From positions 1-64,000 of the forward strand of contig CAWJRJ010000018.1 in assembly GCA_963845245.1 (NCBI GenBank): a stretch of DNA of 64,000 nt, given 5' to 3'. Positions 19,187 to 29,799 of the stretch are shown here, one piece after another (position 1 is the first letter of the stretch; every line of letters starts with the position of its first letter). The translations under genes were made by a program, and so were the position numbers. This stretch comes from Nitrospirota bacterium (GTDB taxonomy: Bacteria; Nitrospirota; JACRHJ01). The notes below the pieces were generated by a model. It was not told the DNA's origin and did not search any database. It saw only the letters and a list, made by a program, of their open reading frames with translations.

Positions 19187-19347
19187 TTGCAGACCCCCGA
19201 CCAGACCCAAAAAGATAGTCCTGCCCTCGTCCGGGCTTGCGGAAGACATACTTGCATCGGTTGCAGGGGTCCAGGGTCTGGCCGAGGCGCAGGCCGCAGC
19301 CATGAAAATTACCCGGACGGCCAAGGAAGAAGCCGACGTGGACGATC

Positions 19348-19779
19348 TTGCACCTTGTAAGCTTCTTGTTGAACAGCGAAGAGTACGCCCTCGATATCTC
19401 GCTGGTCCAGGAGATCATCAAGCTCAGCGGATGGACCAGGGTGCCGAATGCCCCGCGCCACGTAAAGGGCGTCATAAACCTACGCGGGAGAATAATCCCA
19501 GTAGTCGACCCGAAGCTGAAGATGGGGCTCCACGAGTCGCCGCTTGACGGCCGGAATGCCAGGATAATAATAGTCGAGACCGGCGGCCGGGTGATCGGTA
19601 TGGCCGTCGATTCGGTCAACCAGGTACTGAAGCTCCCTGCTGACGTCATAGAGCCCCCGCCGGATACGGTAACAGGGGTGGACGACGGATATATCAAAGG
19701 CGTCGGAAAGCTGTCCGGCAGGATAATAATACTCTTAAACGTTGATAAGGTTTTGGGGAAAGACGAAAAGGCGGCCTGA
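19348..19779 (+). CDS. cheW: Chemotaxis coupling protein CheW (TTG start; the N-terminus may extend upstream via a frameshift)
   Basis: CheW fold motifs: EEYALDISLVQEI, VINLRGRIIPVVD, RIIIV, GMAVDSVNQV. Confidence 0.8.
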   Translation: MHLVSFLLNSEEYALDISLVQEIIKLSGWTRVPNAPRHVKGVINLRGRIIPVVDPKLKMGLHESPLDGRNARIIIVETGGRVIGMAVDSVNQVLKLPADVIEPPPDTVTGVDDGYIKGVGKLSGRIIILLNVDKVLGKDEKAA

Positions 19780-19817
19780 CGAAGGTCTGGTAACGCGTTC
19801 AAAAAAGGAGAAACCCG

Positions 19818-22364
19818 ATGTTCAGAAATCTCAAGATAGGCATACGGCTGGCGATGGCTTTCGGCGTTGTTTTGTTGCTCCTGGCGCTGGTGTCCTGGGA
19901 GGGCCTGCACAGCATGGGCATCATGGACACTGCTGCCATGCACATAGTAAAGAAAAATTACGCCAGGGGAGTGGTTCTCGAACATGCAAATGAGAACCTG
20001 AACGAAATGTACCAGTCTCTTTCGGTTATCATGTCAAGCCGCGACAAGGGCGAGCAGCTAAAAAAGGTCAAGGACCTTGAAACGTCCAGGAAAAACTTTA
20101 ATGACGCGATGGACATTTACGAGAAGACCCAGGACCATCAAGAAGGCCTCGATATGCTCGCAAAGTTTAAAGCGGTTTTAAGTGAATCAATAAAGCCCAT
20201 GGACGAAGTGATAAAACTGTCCCTTGCCAACAAGCCTGAAGATGCAAGGCTTCTTTATCTGAATAAAGTCGAGCCGCAGCAGCACGAAGTACGCAATGTG
20301 TTCGACCCGATGGTGGTATTTGAAGAGCAGAGGATAGACTTCCGCTACAAGCAGACGGTAGACGAATACAGAAGCAGTATCAAGATGATGCTGTTGGTCG
20401 GCGGGATAGCCATAGTCCTTGTAGTTATAATGAGCTTCTTCCTGACCAGGGGTATAACCAAACCGCTCGAAGCTGCGCTCAAGGTGGCCAACAAGGTGTC
20501 TGACGGCGACCTCACCGCCTCGATTGCGGTAAGGTCAAAGGACGAGGTCGGGCAGCTGGGCGATGCCATCAACCGTATGGTGGCGGGACTAAAGGAGATG
20601 GTCGGCACCGTCAACCAGAGCGCTGCCCAGGTGGCTGCCGCCGCCGACCAGGTCAACGCAAGCTCCCACCAGATACAGAAGGGCGCTCAGACTCAGGCGA
20701 GCGCGGCTGACGAGACGTCTTCTAGCATGGAAGAGATGGCGGCCTCCATACAGATGGTCGCCCAGAACGCCGGCGACCTCGCCTCGAACGTGGACGAGAC
20801 CTCGGCTTCGATAAACCAGATGGTCGCATCCATCGAGCAGGTCGCCAGGAACTCCGGCGCAATGGCCTCGTCCGTATCCGAGACCTCCGCGACTGTCGAG
20901 CAGATGGCCGCGTCGATAGACCAGGTTGCAAACGATACGGAAAACCTTTCGGCATCCGTGCAGGAGACATCCGCCACCATCGACCAGATGATGGCATCAA
21001 TCGAACAGGTCGCCAGAAACTCAGACATGCTCTCCGGTACCGTGGCCGAGACGTCCTCGACCGTAGAGGAGATGGCCGCGTCTATCAAACAGGTGGCGGG
21101 CAACGTAGCCGAAGCCGGCCGTATATCCCAGAAGGCAGCCGAGGATGCGGTCGCGGGCGGCGAGGCTGTCGAGCTTACCATCGAGGGCATAAACCGCATA
21201 GCCGATACCATGAAGGTGACCTCGGAAGTGATAGGCAGCCTTGGTAGACGCTCTGAAGAGATAGGCAAGATCATAGGCGTGATTGAGGATATAGCAGACC
21301 AGACCAACCTCCTCGCGCTGAACGCGGCGATAGAGGCTGCCAGGGCTGGTGATGCGGGGCGCGGCTTTGCCGTGGTCGCCGATGAGGTGCGGAAACTGGC
21401 TGAGAGGTCTGTCGTAGCCACCAAGGAGATTGGTGAGGTGATAGAGCAGGTGCAGCTTGAGACCTCGAAAGCCGTTAAAACAGCCGAGGTGGGCGCTGCC
21501 GAAACGCTGGAAGGCAAGAAGCTGGCGGACAAGGCTGGGGCGTCCCTGAAGCGTATCCTCGACAGCGTTGGGGCCACGAACCAGATAATGGCGGAGATAA
21601 ACGATGCGGCCGCCGAGCAGTCATCCGCCGCAAACATGGTGCTCAAGTCCGTGGAGAACATGAACCAGGTCACCGACCAGGTTATAACCGCAGTCAAAGA
21701 GCAGGCGATGGGCTCGAACCAGATAAGGAAGGCCGTAGAGACTATGAACCGCACCACCCAGCAGGTAGCAGGCGCCATGAAGGAGCAGGCTATGGGCGGA
21801 AAGCAGATAAGGGTCGCGGTCGAGGACATGAACAGGGTGACGAACGAGGTGAACATAGCCGCCAAGGAACAGGCGCAGGGCACCGTGCAGATAATGAAGG
21901 CGGTCGAGAATATGAACTCGATGACCCAGCAGGTCGCGAACGCCACCTCTGAGCAGAAGCGCGGCGGAGAACTTGTAGTCAAGGCCGTCGAGAACATCTC
22001 GGACATAGCCCGCGAGAACCTCGCTGCCGTGAAGCAGATGACCGCCGCCTCTGAGAACATCACCTTCCAGGCCGAGTCGCTCCAGCGCGCCATAAGCATG
22101 TTCAAGGTGAGTGACTTGAGCTCGGTCCAGGCCTGCTGGGATATCCTGAACTGCGACATGGCAAACCGGATGAAATGCCCGGCCTACAAGAGCCCCGAGA
22201 AGAGGTGCTGGCTGATAGAGGGCACATGGTGCAAGGGCGTCTTGCAGGGCGACGCGAGGAGCAAGCTGGCGAACTGCATGCACTGCAATGCGTTCAAGGT
22301 CATGCAGGGTGTGAGCTCCCTGCCTGCGGCGAACGTCCGCTCGATAGGCAGCGACAGGTCTTAA
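19818..22364 (+). CDS. Methyl-accepting chemotaxis protein with an extended signalling domain and a C-terminal 7-Cys module
   Basis: TM1, a periplasmic 4-helix-bundle-like region, TM2, and HAMP. The MA domain is very long, with tandem 21-aa repeats ([21 protein letters not shown] x4; AxKEQAxGxxQIxKAVExMN x4) and the [14 protein letters not shown] core. The C-terminus reads [54 protein letters not shown]. Confidence 0.9.
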   Translation: MFRNLKIGIRLAMAFGVVLLLLALVSWEGLHSMGIMDTAAMHIVKKNYARGVVLEHANENLNEMYQSLSVIMSSRDKGEQLKKVKDLETSRKNFNDAMDIYEKTQDHQEGLDMLAKFKAVLSESIKPMDEVIKLSLANKPEDARLLYLNKVEPQQHEVRNVFDPMVVFEEQRIDFRYKQTVDEYRSSIKMMLLVGGIAIVLVVIMSFFLTRGITKPLEAALKVANKVSDGDLTASIAVRSKDEVGQLGDAINRMVAGLKEMVGTVNQSAAQVAAAADQVNASSHQIQKGAQTQASAADETSSSMEEMAASIQMVAQNAGDLASNVDETSASINQMVASIEQVARNSGAMASSVSETSATVEQMAASIDQVANDTENLSASVQETSATIDQMMASIEQVARNSDMLSGTVAETSSTVEEMAASIKQVAGNVAEAGRISQKAAEDAVAGGEAVELTIEGINRIADTMKVTSEVIGSLGRRSEEIGKIIGVIEDIADQTNLLALNAAIEAARAGDAGRGFAVVADEVRKLAERSVVATKEIGEVIEQVQLETSKAVKTAEVGAAETLEGKKLADKAGASLKRILDSVGATNQIMAEINDAAAEQSSAANMVLKSVENMNQVTDQVITAVKEQAMGSNQIRKAVETMNRTTQQVAGAMKEQAMGGKQIRVAVEDMNRVTNEVNIAAKEQAQGTVQIMKAVENMNSMTQQVANATSEQKRGGELVVKAVENISDIARENLAAVKQMTAASENITFQAESLQRAISMFKVSDLSSVQACWDILNCDMANRMKCPAYKSPEKRCWLIEGTWCKGVLQGDARSKLANCMHCNAFKVMQGVSSLPAANVRSIGSDRS

Positions 22365-22374
22365 GGAGAGCCGG

Positions 22375-23287
22375 ATGACATTAGTGCTGAGCCCCGAGCT
22401 TTTCGGCAAGTTCCAGGAGATCGTGTACGACAGGAGCGACCTGCATTTCGCCCCCTCAAAAAGGGTGTTCTTCGAACGCCGGCTCCGTGAGAACCTCCTG
22501 ACGGACGGGTTTGAGGATTTCGAGTCGTACTACGCGTCCCTTAAAAGCGATACCGACAAACTCGATGTGCTCGTGCAGGACCTGACCACGAACCAGACGT
22601 TTTTCTTCAGGAACCAGGCACAGTTCGAGGCGTTGCGGGACAAGGTATTTCCGGAACTCATCGAGTCGAAGAACCGCGAGGCCATGAGGTCATGGTCGGC
22701 GCCCACCCAGAACCAGAGTCGGGCCATGGGCCTGAAAATATGGAGCGCGGGCTGCTCGACCGGAGAAGAGGCCTACTCGGTCGCGTTCACTCTCCTCGAA
22801 GTGCTCAAATACCCGAGGGCATGGGACGTCAGGATAATCGGCACCGACATAAAGCGCAGCGCCCTGGCTGCCGCCCAGAGAGGGATTTATGAAGGGCCTT
22901 CACTGAAAGAAACCGACCCCGCCCTGGTGGAGAAGTATATGGAAAAGGTCGACGGCGGTTGGGCAGTAAAAGAGCTTCCCAGGAGCCTCGTACGTTTCGG
23001 AGAGGCAAACCTCAAGGCCCTGTCTCTCTGATAGCGGGCCGCTGCCGCATACGGACGGTGCCGGCGGGAAGGACTATTTCGATATAATCTTCTGCCGGAA
23101 CGTCATGATCTATTTCGACCGCGAAGGCCAGCAGAGGCTTGTGGACAACCTGTATGAACGGCTCGCCCCCGGAGGGTATCTTTTTACGGGCGATTCAGAG
23201 CCGCTCCACCTCTTCCGTCACAGCTTTGTCAAGACGGAAGGTACCGATGCGCTCTATTACAGAAAACCGGATCAGGGAGCCATCTAA
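22375..23287 (+). CDS. cheR: Chemotaxis methyltransferase CheR (apparent frameshift near 23035)
   Basis: CheR N-terminal region (FEDFESYYASLKS, TNQTFFFRN) and SAM-binding site (IWSAGCSTGEEAYS). It continues after a frameshift as FCRNVMIYFDREGQQRLVDNLYERLAPGGYLF. Confidence 0.75.
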
Positions 23288-24936
23288 TGGCCGAGGCTTC
23301 TATGGATTTATTCGAACTGATTGGGTCTTCCGACGACTATGTGCGCCTGAAGGCTATAGAACAGGCGGCGCTTGAGCCGGAGGAAAGGTCGGTCCCGCTT
23401 CTTCTCAGGGCGATGCGTGACGGCGACATAAGGTTGCGGAACATGGCACGCGACCTGACGCTCAAGAAGGAACCGGAGACGCTGCTGCCGTACCTTGAGG
23501 CGGCAATGCGTGACGGCAACGACGCGGACCTGAGAAATGCGGCTATGGACATATACGCAGCCCTCTCGTCCCTGGCCGTGCCGGATTTGAACCGCCTTGT
23601 TACGGACGCCGACCCGGAAATAAGGAACTTCGCCTGCGTCCTCCTGGGGAACATCAGGGACATACAGAGCGTGCCAGCCCTGCTTGGCGCATTAAAAGAC
23701 GAAGAAACCAACGTCAAGCACGCGGCTGCGGAGGCCCTCGGCAAAACCGGGGACCCGTCGGCCGTGCCGGGCCTGCTGGAGGCGCTCGCGAGCGAGGCCG
23801 ACTGGTGGAGCGCATTCCCGATCGTTGCGGCATTGGGGGAACTGAAGGACGAAAGGGCGGTCTACCCGCTGTTGAAGCGCCTTGACGACGAACCGCTGAG
23901 GGTCAGCATCGCCATGGCGCTGGGTGACATAGCAAGCCCGTCCGCCCTTGAGACGATGCTGCCGCTTCTGGACGACGAAGATGACGGCGTGAAGACCCAG
24001 GCCCTCCTTGCAGTGGTCAAGATACAGGAACGCACACTTCGCGAGAACCCCTCAGAAGAATCAGAAACGGCACACTGCAGGTTTCTTGAGAAGATCAACA
24101 CATCCTGGTTAAGGCAGCATCTTCTGGACCTTTTGCCGGCATCCGACCCAGAGATCAAAAGGGCCGCACTGGTCGCGCTCGGCTGGTTGAGGGAGAGCAG
24201 GGCGGTCCCGAGGATGATAGACGCCTTGAAGGATGAGCCGCTTTCGGAGTCGGCCCTCGATGCCCTTGTTTCGATAGGCCTGCCTGCATTGAACGACGTG
24301 GAACTAAGCCTGGAGCACCCGGTCGGGATGGTCCGGCAGGCGCTGGTGAGGTACCTCGGCAGCATACGGCTTCCGTTCAGCGGACCGCCGCTCAGGCAGA
24401 TGCTAAAGGACGAACTCAGCATAGTCAGGGCCCAGGCGGCGCTCGCGCTGGGAAACCTCGGGGACATCGACGCCGCGGACGGGCTCATAGAGGCGCTTGG
24501 AGACGTGAACCCGGAGGTGCAGGAGTCCGCGGTCGCGGCGCTCGCAAACCTGAACCCGCAGATAATATGCGGCAAGCTCCTCCCGTACCTTAACGACAAC
24601 AACCAGCGCTATATCTTCCTGGCGGCCGAGGCCCTCGGCCAGCTCGGGCTCGACGAGGCCATAAACCCGCTGTCAACGTTGCTGATGGACGAACGCGACA
24701 TTATCAGGGAGATGGCGGTAAAGTCGATCGGGCTTATAGGCGGGGCCAACTCGGTCGGCCCGCTCTTCACCGGCCTCGGCGACAAAAGCCCCAGGGTGAG
24801 GCAGCAGGCGATCCAATCGCTTGGAAGGGTCAAAGAAAAGCTTGTGCTCAAGAAGCTGATACTTTTGCTGGAGGAACCGGACGACACCGTAAAATATTTC
24901 GCAATCAGGTCCTTGAAACAGTATGGCTCACGCTGA
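23287..24936 (+). CDS. HEAT-repeat (PBS-lyase type) protein
   Basis: At least 12 repeats of the form AxxALGxxGDxxAVPxLxxxLxDExxxVRxxAAxAL. Confidence 0.7.
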   Translation: MAEASMDLFELIGSSDDYVRLKAIEQAALEPEERSVPLLLRAMRDGDIRLRNMARDLTLKKEPETLLPYLEAAMRDGNDADLRNAAMDIYAALSSLAVPDLNRLVTDADPEIRNFACVLLGNIRDIQSVPALLGALKDEETNVKHAAAEALGKTGDPSAVPGLLEALASEADWWSAFPIVAALGELKDERAVYPLLKRLDDEPLRVSIAMALGDIASPSALETMLPLLDDEDDGVKTQALLAVVKIQERTLRENPSEESETAHCRFLEKINTSWLRQHLLDLLPASDPEIKRAALVALGWLRESRAVPRMIDALKDEPLSESALDALVSIGLPALNDVELSLEHPVGMVRQALVRYLGSIRLPFSGPPLRQMLKDELSIVRAQAALALGNLGDIDAADGLIEALGDVNPEVQESAVAALANLNPQIICGKLLPYLNDNNQRYIFLAAEALGQLGLDEAINPLSTLLMDERDIIREMAVKSIGLIGGANSVGPLFTGLGDKSPRVRQQAIQSLGRVKEKLVLKKLILLLEEPDDTVKYFAIRSLKQYGSR

Positions 24937-24939
24937 AGC

Positions 24940-25697
24940 GGCCCGCCCTCTGATAAAGCTCCTGGACGGGGACTCGCCAAAAAACATCAAAGTATGCCGT
25001 CATAGATGCGCTGGGTGTGATCGGAGACAGGGACGCATGCGGGCGGCTTCTGGAGCTGTCCCACTCTAACGACGCCGACCTGGCCATGGTGGCTATCAAG
25101 TCTCTCGGTGAGCTGGGATGTGCCGATGTAAAAGACGACCTCCTGGGCTTTCTGGCCCACGATGACTGGAGCATAAAGGCTGTCGCGGCCGCATCTCTGG
25201 GACGCGTCGGAGGAGAAGGGGTACTGGATGCTCTGGCCTGCCAGCTCAGCTCGCGTGACAGGGTCATCTGCTCAGGAGCTATAAAGGCGTTGGGCGAGCT
25301 GGGAGACCCTGCAGCCTCAAGGTTCCTTGTGCCGCTGCTTGCGGACGCACAGTTTCAGAAACAGGTGCTGGACTCACTTGCATTGCTGGGGCCAGGTTCA
25401 CTGAAAGGGACCATAGAGGCGCTGCGCGACGCACCGCCTGCTCTGCTCCTGAAGGGTATACGCCTGGTGGGCAAGATGAGAGACCCTGAAGGGGTCGATT
25501 ATCTCGCCGGGCTTCTGCGCCACCCAGACCCATCAATAAGAAAAGCCGCTGCTGCTGCCCTCGGCGACTCATGCCTGCGTGAGGCACTGGATGTCCTGGA
25601 CGAAACCGTCATGAACGACGAGGAACCTATAGTAAGGGACGCAGCCGCGTCAGCGGCATCGATCATAAGGAACCAGGAATTTTTAAATGCTAATTAG
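24940..25697 (+). CDS. Second HEAT-repeat protein; frameshifted at the N-terminus and possibly continuous with the previous gene
   Basis: ARPLIKLLDGDSPK...YAVIDALGVIGDRDACGRLLELSHSNDADLAMVAIKSLGELG, then further HEAT repeats up to 25697. Confidence 0.5.
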
Positions 25698-26589
25698 AAC
25701 TTACTCGGACGAACTAAGCGCAAGGGCGGCAGTGCAGCTGCAGCAGGCGGCGCAGGCGCCCCAACTACAGGATTATGAATTCAGGCTTCTGCGTGACTAT
25801 ATCCACCAGTACTGCGGGATATTTTACGACGACGCAAAGTCCTCCACCCTGGCATCCAGGCTGTCCTTCAGGCTGAAGCTGCTGGGAATCAGTTCTTATT
25901 CGGAATATTACAATTATCTCAAATTCAACCCGCGCTCCGAGGAAGAGATAGAGGACCTGATTCCTCACCTGACGAACAACGAAACGTATTTTTTCAGGGA
26001 GATGAACCAGATATCCTTTCTCATAGATGAACTCGCCGGGAAACTGAAGGAAGGCGGACCGGGAAAAAAGACGTTGAAGGTCCTGTCGTGCGGGTGCTCT
26101 TCAGGCGAAGAGGCATTCACCCTCGCCATGCTCCTTGAGGAGGCGGGCGCGTATTCTGCAGGGCACAGCATAGAGATAACCGGCATAGACATTGACAGGA
26201 AGGTCATAGAAAAGGCCGTGAAAGGCGAATATACGAGCTATTCCCTGAGGGCCGCCGAAAAAGAGCGGATAGACCGCTATTTTAAAAGTGAAGGGGACAA
26301 ATACATCCTTGACAGGCGCATAAGGGACCGTGTGACATTCAAGCGGGGAAACCTCCTCGACCCCGCCACGTTCAATTCGTTCCGGGACGTGGACGCGATA
26401 CTTTGCAGAAACGTGTTCATCTATTTCTCGGACGGCGCAATACGGAGCATAGCAGGCTTTTTCCACGGGATAATATCCGGCAAGGGGCAGCTCTTGCTAG
26501 GGCATTCTGAATCGCTTTCGCGCATAACGGACATATTCAGGCCGGTACGTAACCCGAACGTCATAGTCTACACCAAAAAGGATTTTTAA
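25687..26589 (+). CDS. cheR: Second CheR-type chemotaxis methyltransferase
   Basis: NNETYFFRE, VLSCGCSSGEEAFTLAML, ILCRNVFIYF. Confidence 0.8.
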   Translation: MLIRTYSDELSARAAVQLQQAAQAPQLQDYEFRLLRDYIHQYCGIFYDDAKSSTLASRLSFRLKLLGISSYSEYYNYLKFNPRSEEEIEDLIPHLTNNETYFFREMNQISFLIDELAGKLKEGGPGKKTLKVLSCGCSSGEEAFTLAMLLEEAGAYSAGHSIEITGIDIDRKVIEKAVKGEYTSYSLRAAEKERIDRYFKSEGDKYILDRRIRDRVTFKRGNLLDPATFNSFRDVDAILCRNVFIYFSDGAIRSIAGFFHGIISGKGQLLLGHSESLSRITDIFRPVRNPNVIVYTKKDF

Positions 26590-26593
26590 CCTC

Positions 26594-27661
26594 ATGGCCA
26601 AAAAGATACGTGTCCTTGTCGTAGACGATTCCGCGTTTATGAGGAAGGCCCTGGTCAGGATGCTTTCATCAGACCCGTCGATAGAGGTGCTGGATACGGC
26701 ATCCGACGGCGAGGATGGATACCGGAAGACCATGAAACTGAGGCCGGACGTTGTCACGCTGGACGTGCGCATGCCAGGGATGGACGGGATAACCGCACTG
26801 AGAAAGATAATGTCCGACTGTCCCGTTCCGGTAATAATGCTCTCCTCATTGACCAGCGAGGGTGGCGAGGTCACACTCAGGGCCCTTGACATCGGCGCCG
26901 TGGACATCATCGACAAGTCCAAGGCGCATACCGCCATGGATATTCTGGAGATAGCTGGCGAACTGCTTGACAAGGTGAAGGCGGTCGCTGGTGTGGACGT
27001 GGCCAAGATAGCCCGCAGGGCCGTGTCTGTCCCTGAGGCGCACCAGGATCCTTATTCTCCTCCTCTTCACAGCGGGAAGGTCGACATGATAGTGGTGGGT
27101 GCGTCCACGGGCGGCCCGCCCGCGCTCCAGGATATCCTTACAAAGCTTCCTGCGGACCTCCCGGCCGCGATACTGATAGTGCAGCATATGCCGTTGGGGT
27201 TTACCGCATCGCTGGCTGAAAGGCTGAACAGGCTCGCGCCGATTGCGATCTCGGAAGCGTTCGACGGTAACAGGGTAAAGCCCGGCCGGTGCCTGATCGC
27301 GCCATCCGGCCTGCATATGACCATCAGGAAGGACGACGATGGTGTATTTGTGCGCCTGCTGGAGGAGCCAGTGAAGACCCTTCACCGTCCGTCCGTCGAT
27401 ATCCTGATGTCGTCTGCGGCGGAGGTAGTGGGCAGCAGGGCCCTTGGGGTACTGCTCACAGGCATGGGCGCCGACGGGGCCAAGGGGATGAAGGCGTTGC
27501 ATGATGCGGGTGGCAGGACTATAGCGCAGGACGAAGAGAGCTGCGTGGTATACGGGATGCCCAAGGTGGCGGTCGAACTGGGTGGAGTCGACAGGTCTCT
27601 ACCGCTGCGTCAGATACCCACCGCCATTTTGCAGGAGCTCGGCGCCGTGTCGCTCGGCTGA
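26594..27661 (+). CDS. cheB: Chemotaxis methylesterase CheB (REC plus CheB catalytic domain)
   Basis: REC (VLVVDDSAFMRKAL...DVVTLDVRMPGMDG) and methylesterase domain (VVGASTGGPPAL, HMPLGFT, GMGADGAKG, the S-H-D catalytic context). Confidence 0.9.
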   Translation: MAKKIRVLVVDDSAFMRKALVRMLSSDPSIEVLDTASDGEDGYRKTMKLRPDVVTLDVRMPGMDGITALRKIMSDCPVPVIMLSSLTSEGGEVTLRALDIGAVDIIDKSKAHTAMDILEIAGELLDKVKAVAGVDVAKIARRAVSVPEAHQDPYSPPLHSGKVDMIVVGASTGGPPALQDILTKLPADLPAAILIVQHMPLGFTASLAERLNRLAPIAISEAFDGNRVKPGRCLIAPSGLHMTIRKDDDGVFVRLLEEPVKTLHRPSVDILMSSAAEVVGSRALGVLLTGMGADGAKGMKALHDAGGRTIAQDEESCVVYGMPKVAVELGGVDRSLPLRQIPTAILQELGAVSLG

Positions 27662-27685
27662 CAGCCTGGCAAACCAAAAAGAAAA

Positions 27686-27707
27686 GGGCCGACACATGGG
27701 TCGGCCC
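27686..27707. terminator. Bidirectional hairpin between the convergent cheB and acs genes
   Basis: GGGCCGAC-acatgg-GTCGGCCC; on the minus strand it is followed by a TTTTCTTTTT tract. Confidence 0.55.
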
Positions 27708-27713
27708 CTACAG

Positions 27714-29700
27714 CTAAAGTCTTCCTTCCACCAGGTTGTCTACTACGGTCGGGTCTGCAAGGGTGGAGGTGTCTCCCAGGTTATCAAGCTCGTTTGCGGC
27801 TATCTTCCTGAGTATCCTCCGCATTATCTTGCCGCTTCTGGTCTTTGGCAGTCCGGGGGCGAACTGGAGCTTGTCCGGCGCGGCTATCGGACCGATGACG
27901 GTCCTGACGTGTCCTACGAGTATCTTCTTCAGCTCGTCAGAGGCCGTGAAGCCGTCCTTGAGGGTTACGTAGACGTAGATGCCTTCGCCCTTGATGTCGT
28001 GCGGGTAGCCTACGACCGCGGCCTCCGCGACCGCCTCGTGCGAGACGAGGGCGCTCTCCACCTCGGCGGTACCCAGCCTGTGGCCGGACACGTTGATGAC
28101 GTCGTCGATCCTGCCCATCAGCCAGAAGTCACCGTCCTCGTCAAACCTGGCGCCGTCACCGCTGAAGTAGACGCCCGGGAACCGGCTGAAGTATACTTCC
28201 TTCATGCGGGTATTCTCAGGGTCGCCGTAGGTGCCGCGCAGCATCCCGGGCCAGGGCCTCTCGATTACCAGGTATCCGCCCTCGTTGGCCCCGGCGGGCG
28301 AGCCGTCCTCTCTTATTATCTTTGGCAGTATGCCCGGGAATGGCCTGTTGGCCGAGCCGGGCTTCAGTGTCATTGCGCCGGGTATGGGTGTGATCATGAA
28401 GCCGCCGGTCTCGGTCTGCCACCACGTATCGACGATGGGGAGCTTCCTGCTGCCGATGTTCTTGTGGTACCACATCCAGGCCTCGGGGTTTATGGGTTCT
28501 CCGACCGTGCCGAGCACCCTCAGGGACGAGAGGTCGTAGTTCTGAACCCACTTCTCGCCCTCCTTCATGAGCGCGCGTATGGCGGTCGGTGCGGTGTAGA
28601 ATATGTTCACCCCGAACTTCTCCACTATGTCCCAGAACCTGCCCGGGTTCGGGTAGGTGGGTATGCCCTCGAACATGAGGCTCGTGGCCCCGTTTGAAAG
28701 GGGGCCGTAGACCACGTAGCTGTGGCCCGTTACCCAGCCTATGTCGGCGGTGCAGAAATGTATGTCCTCTTCCTTGTAGTCGAATGTCCACCTGAACGTG
28801 AGGTTCGTATAGAGCAGGTAGCCGCCGGTCGTGTGGAGCACGCCCTTCGGTTTGCCGGTCGAGCCGGACGTGTAGAGGATGAACAGGGGGTCCTCGGCGT
28901 CCATCCATTCCGGTTCGCAGTAGTTGCAGACATGTGCAGTCGTTCATTTCGTCGTGCCACCACGTGTCGCGGCCCGGCGCCATGTCAATGCCGTCCTTGC
29001 CGGTGCGGTTAACGACTATTACGCTTGTCACGGTCGGGCACTCGTTCAAAGACTCGTCCGCGTTGACCTTGAGAGGGACTATCCTGCCGCCCCTGATGCC
29101 AGCGTCGGCGGTGATGAGCATGCTCGACTTGCAGTCCTGGATCCTGTCCCTCAGCGCGCTTGCGGAGAAGCCGCCGAACACTATGCTGTGTATAGCGCCG
29201 ATCCTGGCGCATGCGAGCATCGATATCGCCAGTTCCGGGATCATGGGCAGATATATTGTAACCCGGTCGCCCTTCTTGACGCCCTTCCTCAGCATGACGT
29301 TGGCGAACCTGTTCACCTCGCGGTAGAGCTGCTGGTATGTATAGGTCTTGTACGTGCCGTCGTCGGCCTCCCATATTATGGCGGCCTTGTTCCTGAAGGT
29401 AGGGCTCTGGACGTACCTGTCAAGGCAGTTGTAGGATACGTTGAGCTTGCCGCCCTTGAACCAGTTTATCTCGGGTTTGTGAAAGTCGTATTCAAGGACG
29501 CTGTCCCATTTCTTGTACCACGTAAGGTTCTTTTCGGCCATCTCGGCCCAGAAGTCTTCCGGGTCCTCGATGGACCATTTGTAGAGCTTTTCGTACTCTT
29601 CCATGCTCTTTATATGGGCATTCTTTGAGAATTTCTCGCGTGGCGGGAATGTCCTTGATTCGCTGGAATGTACCTCTATACCCATGTCCGATTCCGACAT
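27714..29700 (-). CDS. acs: Acetyl-CoA synthetase (AMP-forming); apparent frameshift near 28905-28940
   Basis: N-terminal half ([33 protein letters not shown]) and C-terminal half ([48 protein letters not shown]) sit in two overlapping frames. Confidence 0.85.
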
Positions 29701-29799
29701 TGAATTACCTCCTGGTCAGCCGGTTTTATAACATCAAGGACGGCCCACAAGACAACCGGACCGTCCTCTTCTTTATCATTTTTTACTTAAGCTGTCAAA

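Noticed and set aside
17659-19324. Long antisense ORFs (419 aa and 446 aa) inside cheA. Similar ones occur inside the mcp (20693-22159, 488 aa), the HEAT gene (23862-24602), the KimA-like gene (38679-39569) and the ABC genes (55329-56291), and on the + strand inside the SSS-kinase (35164-36228).
   Set aside because: Their composition is Arg/Ser/Pro-rich with no domains. They lie entirely opposite well-supported conserved genes, which is the typical shadow-ORF pattern of high-GC DNA.
20760-21100. Tandem about-63-nt repeats in the mcp gene that could be taken for a CRISPR-like or minisatellite array.
   Set aside because: They are in-frame coding heptad repeats of the MCP signalling domain, with no spacer/repeat architecture and no cas genes.
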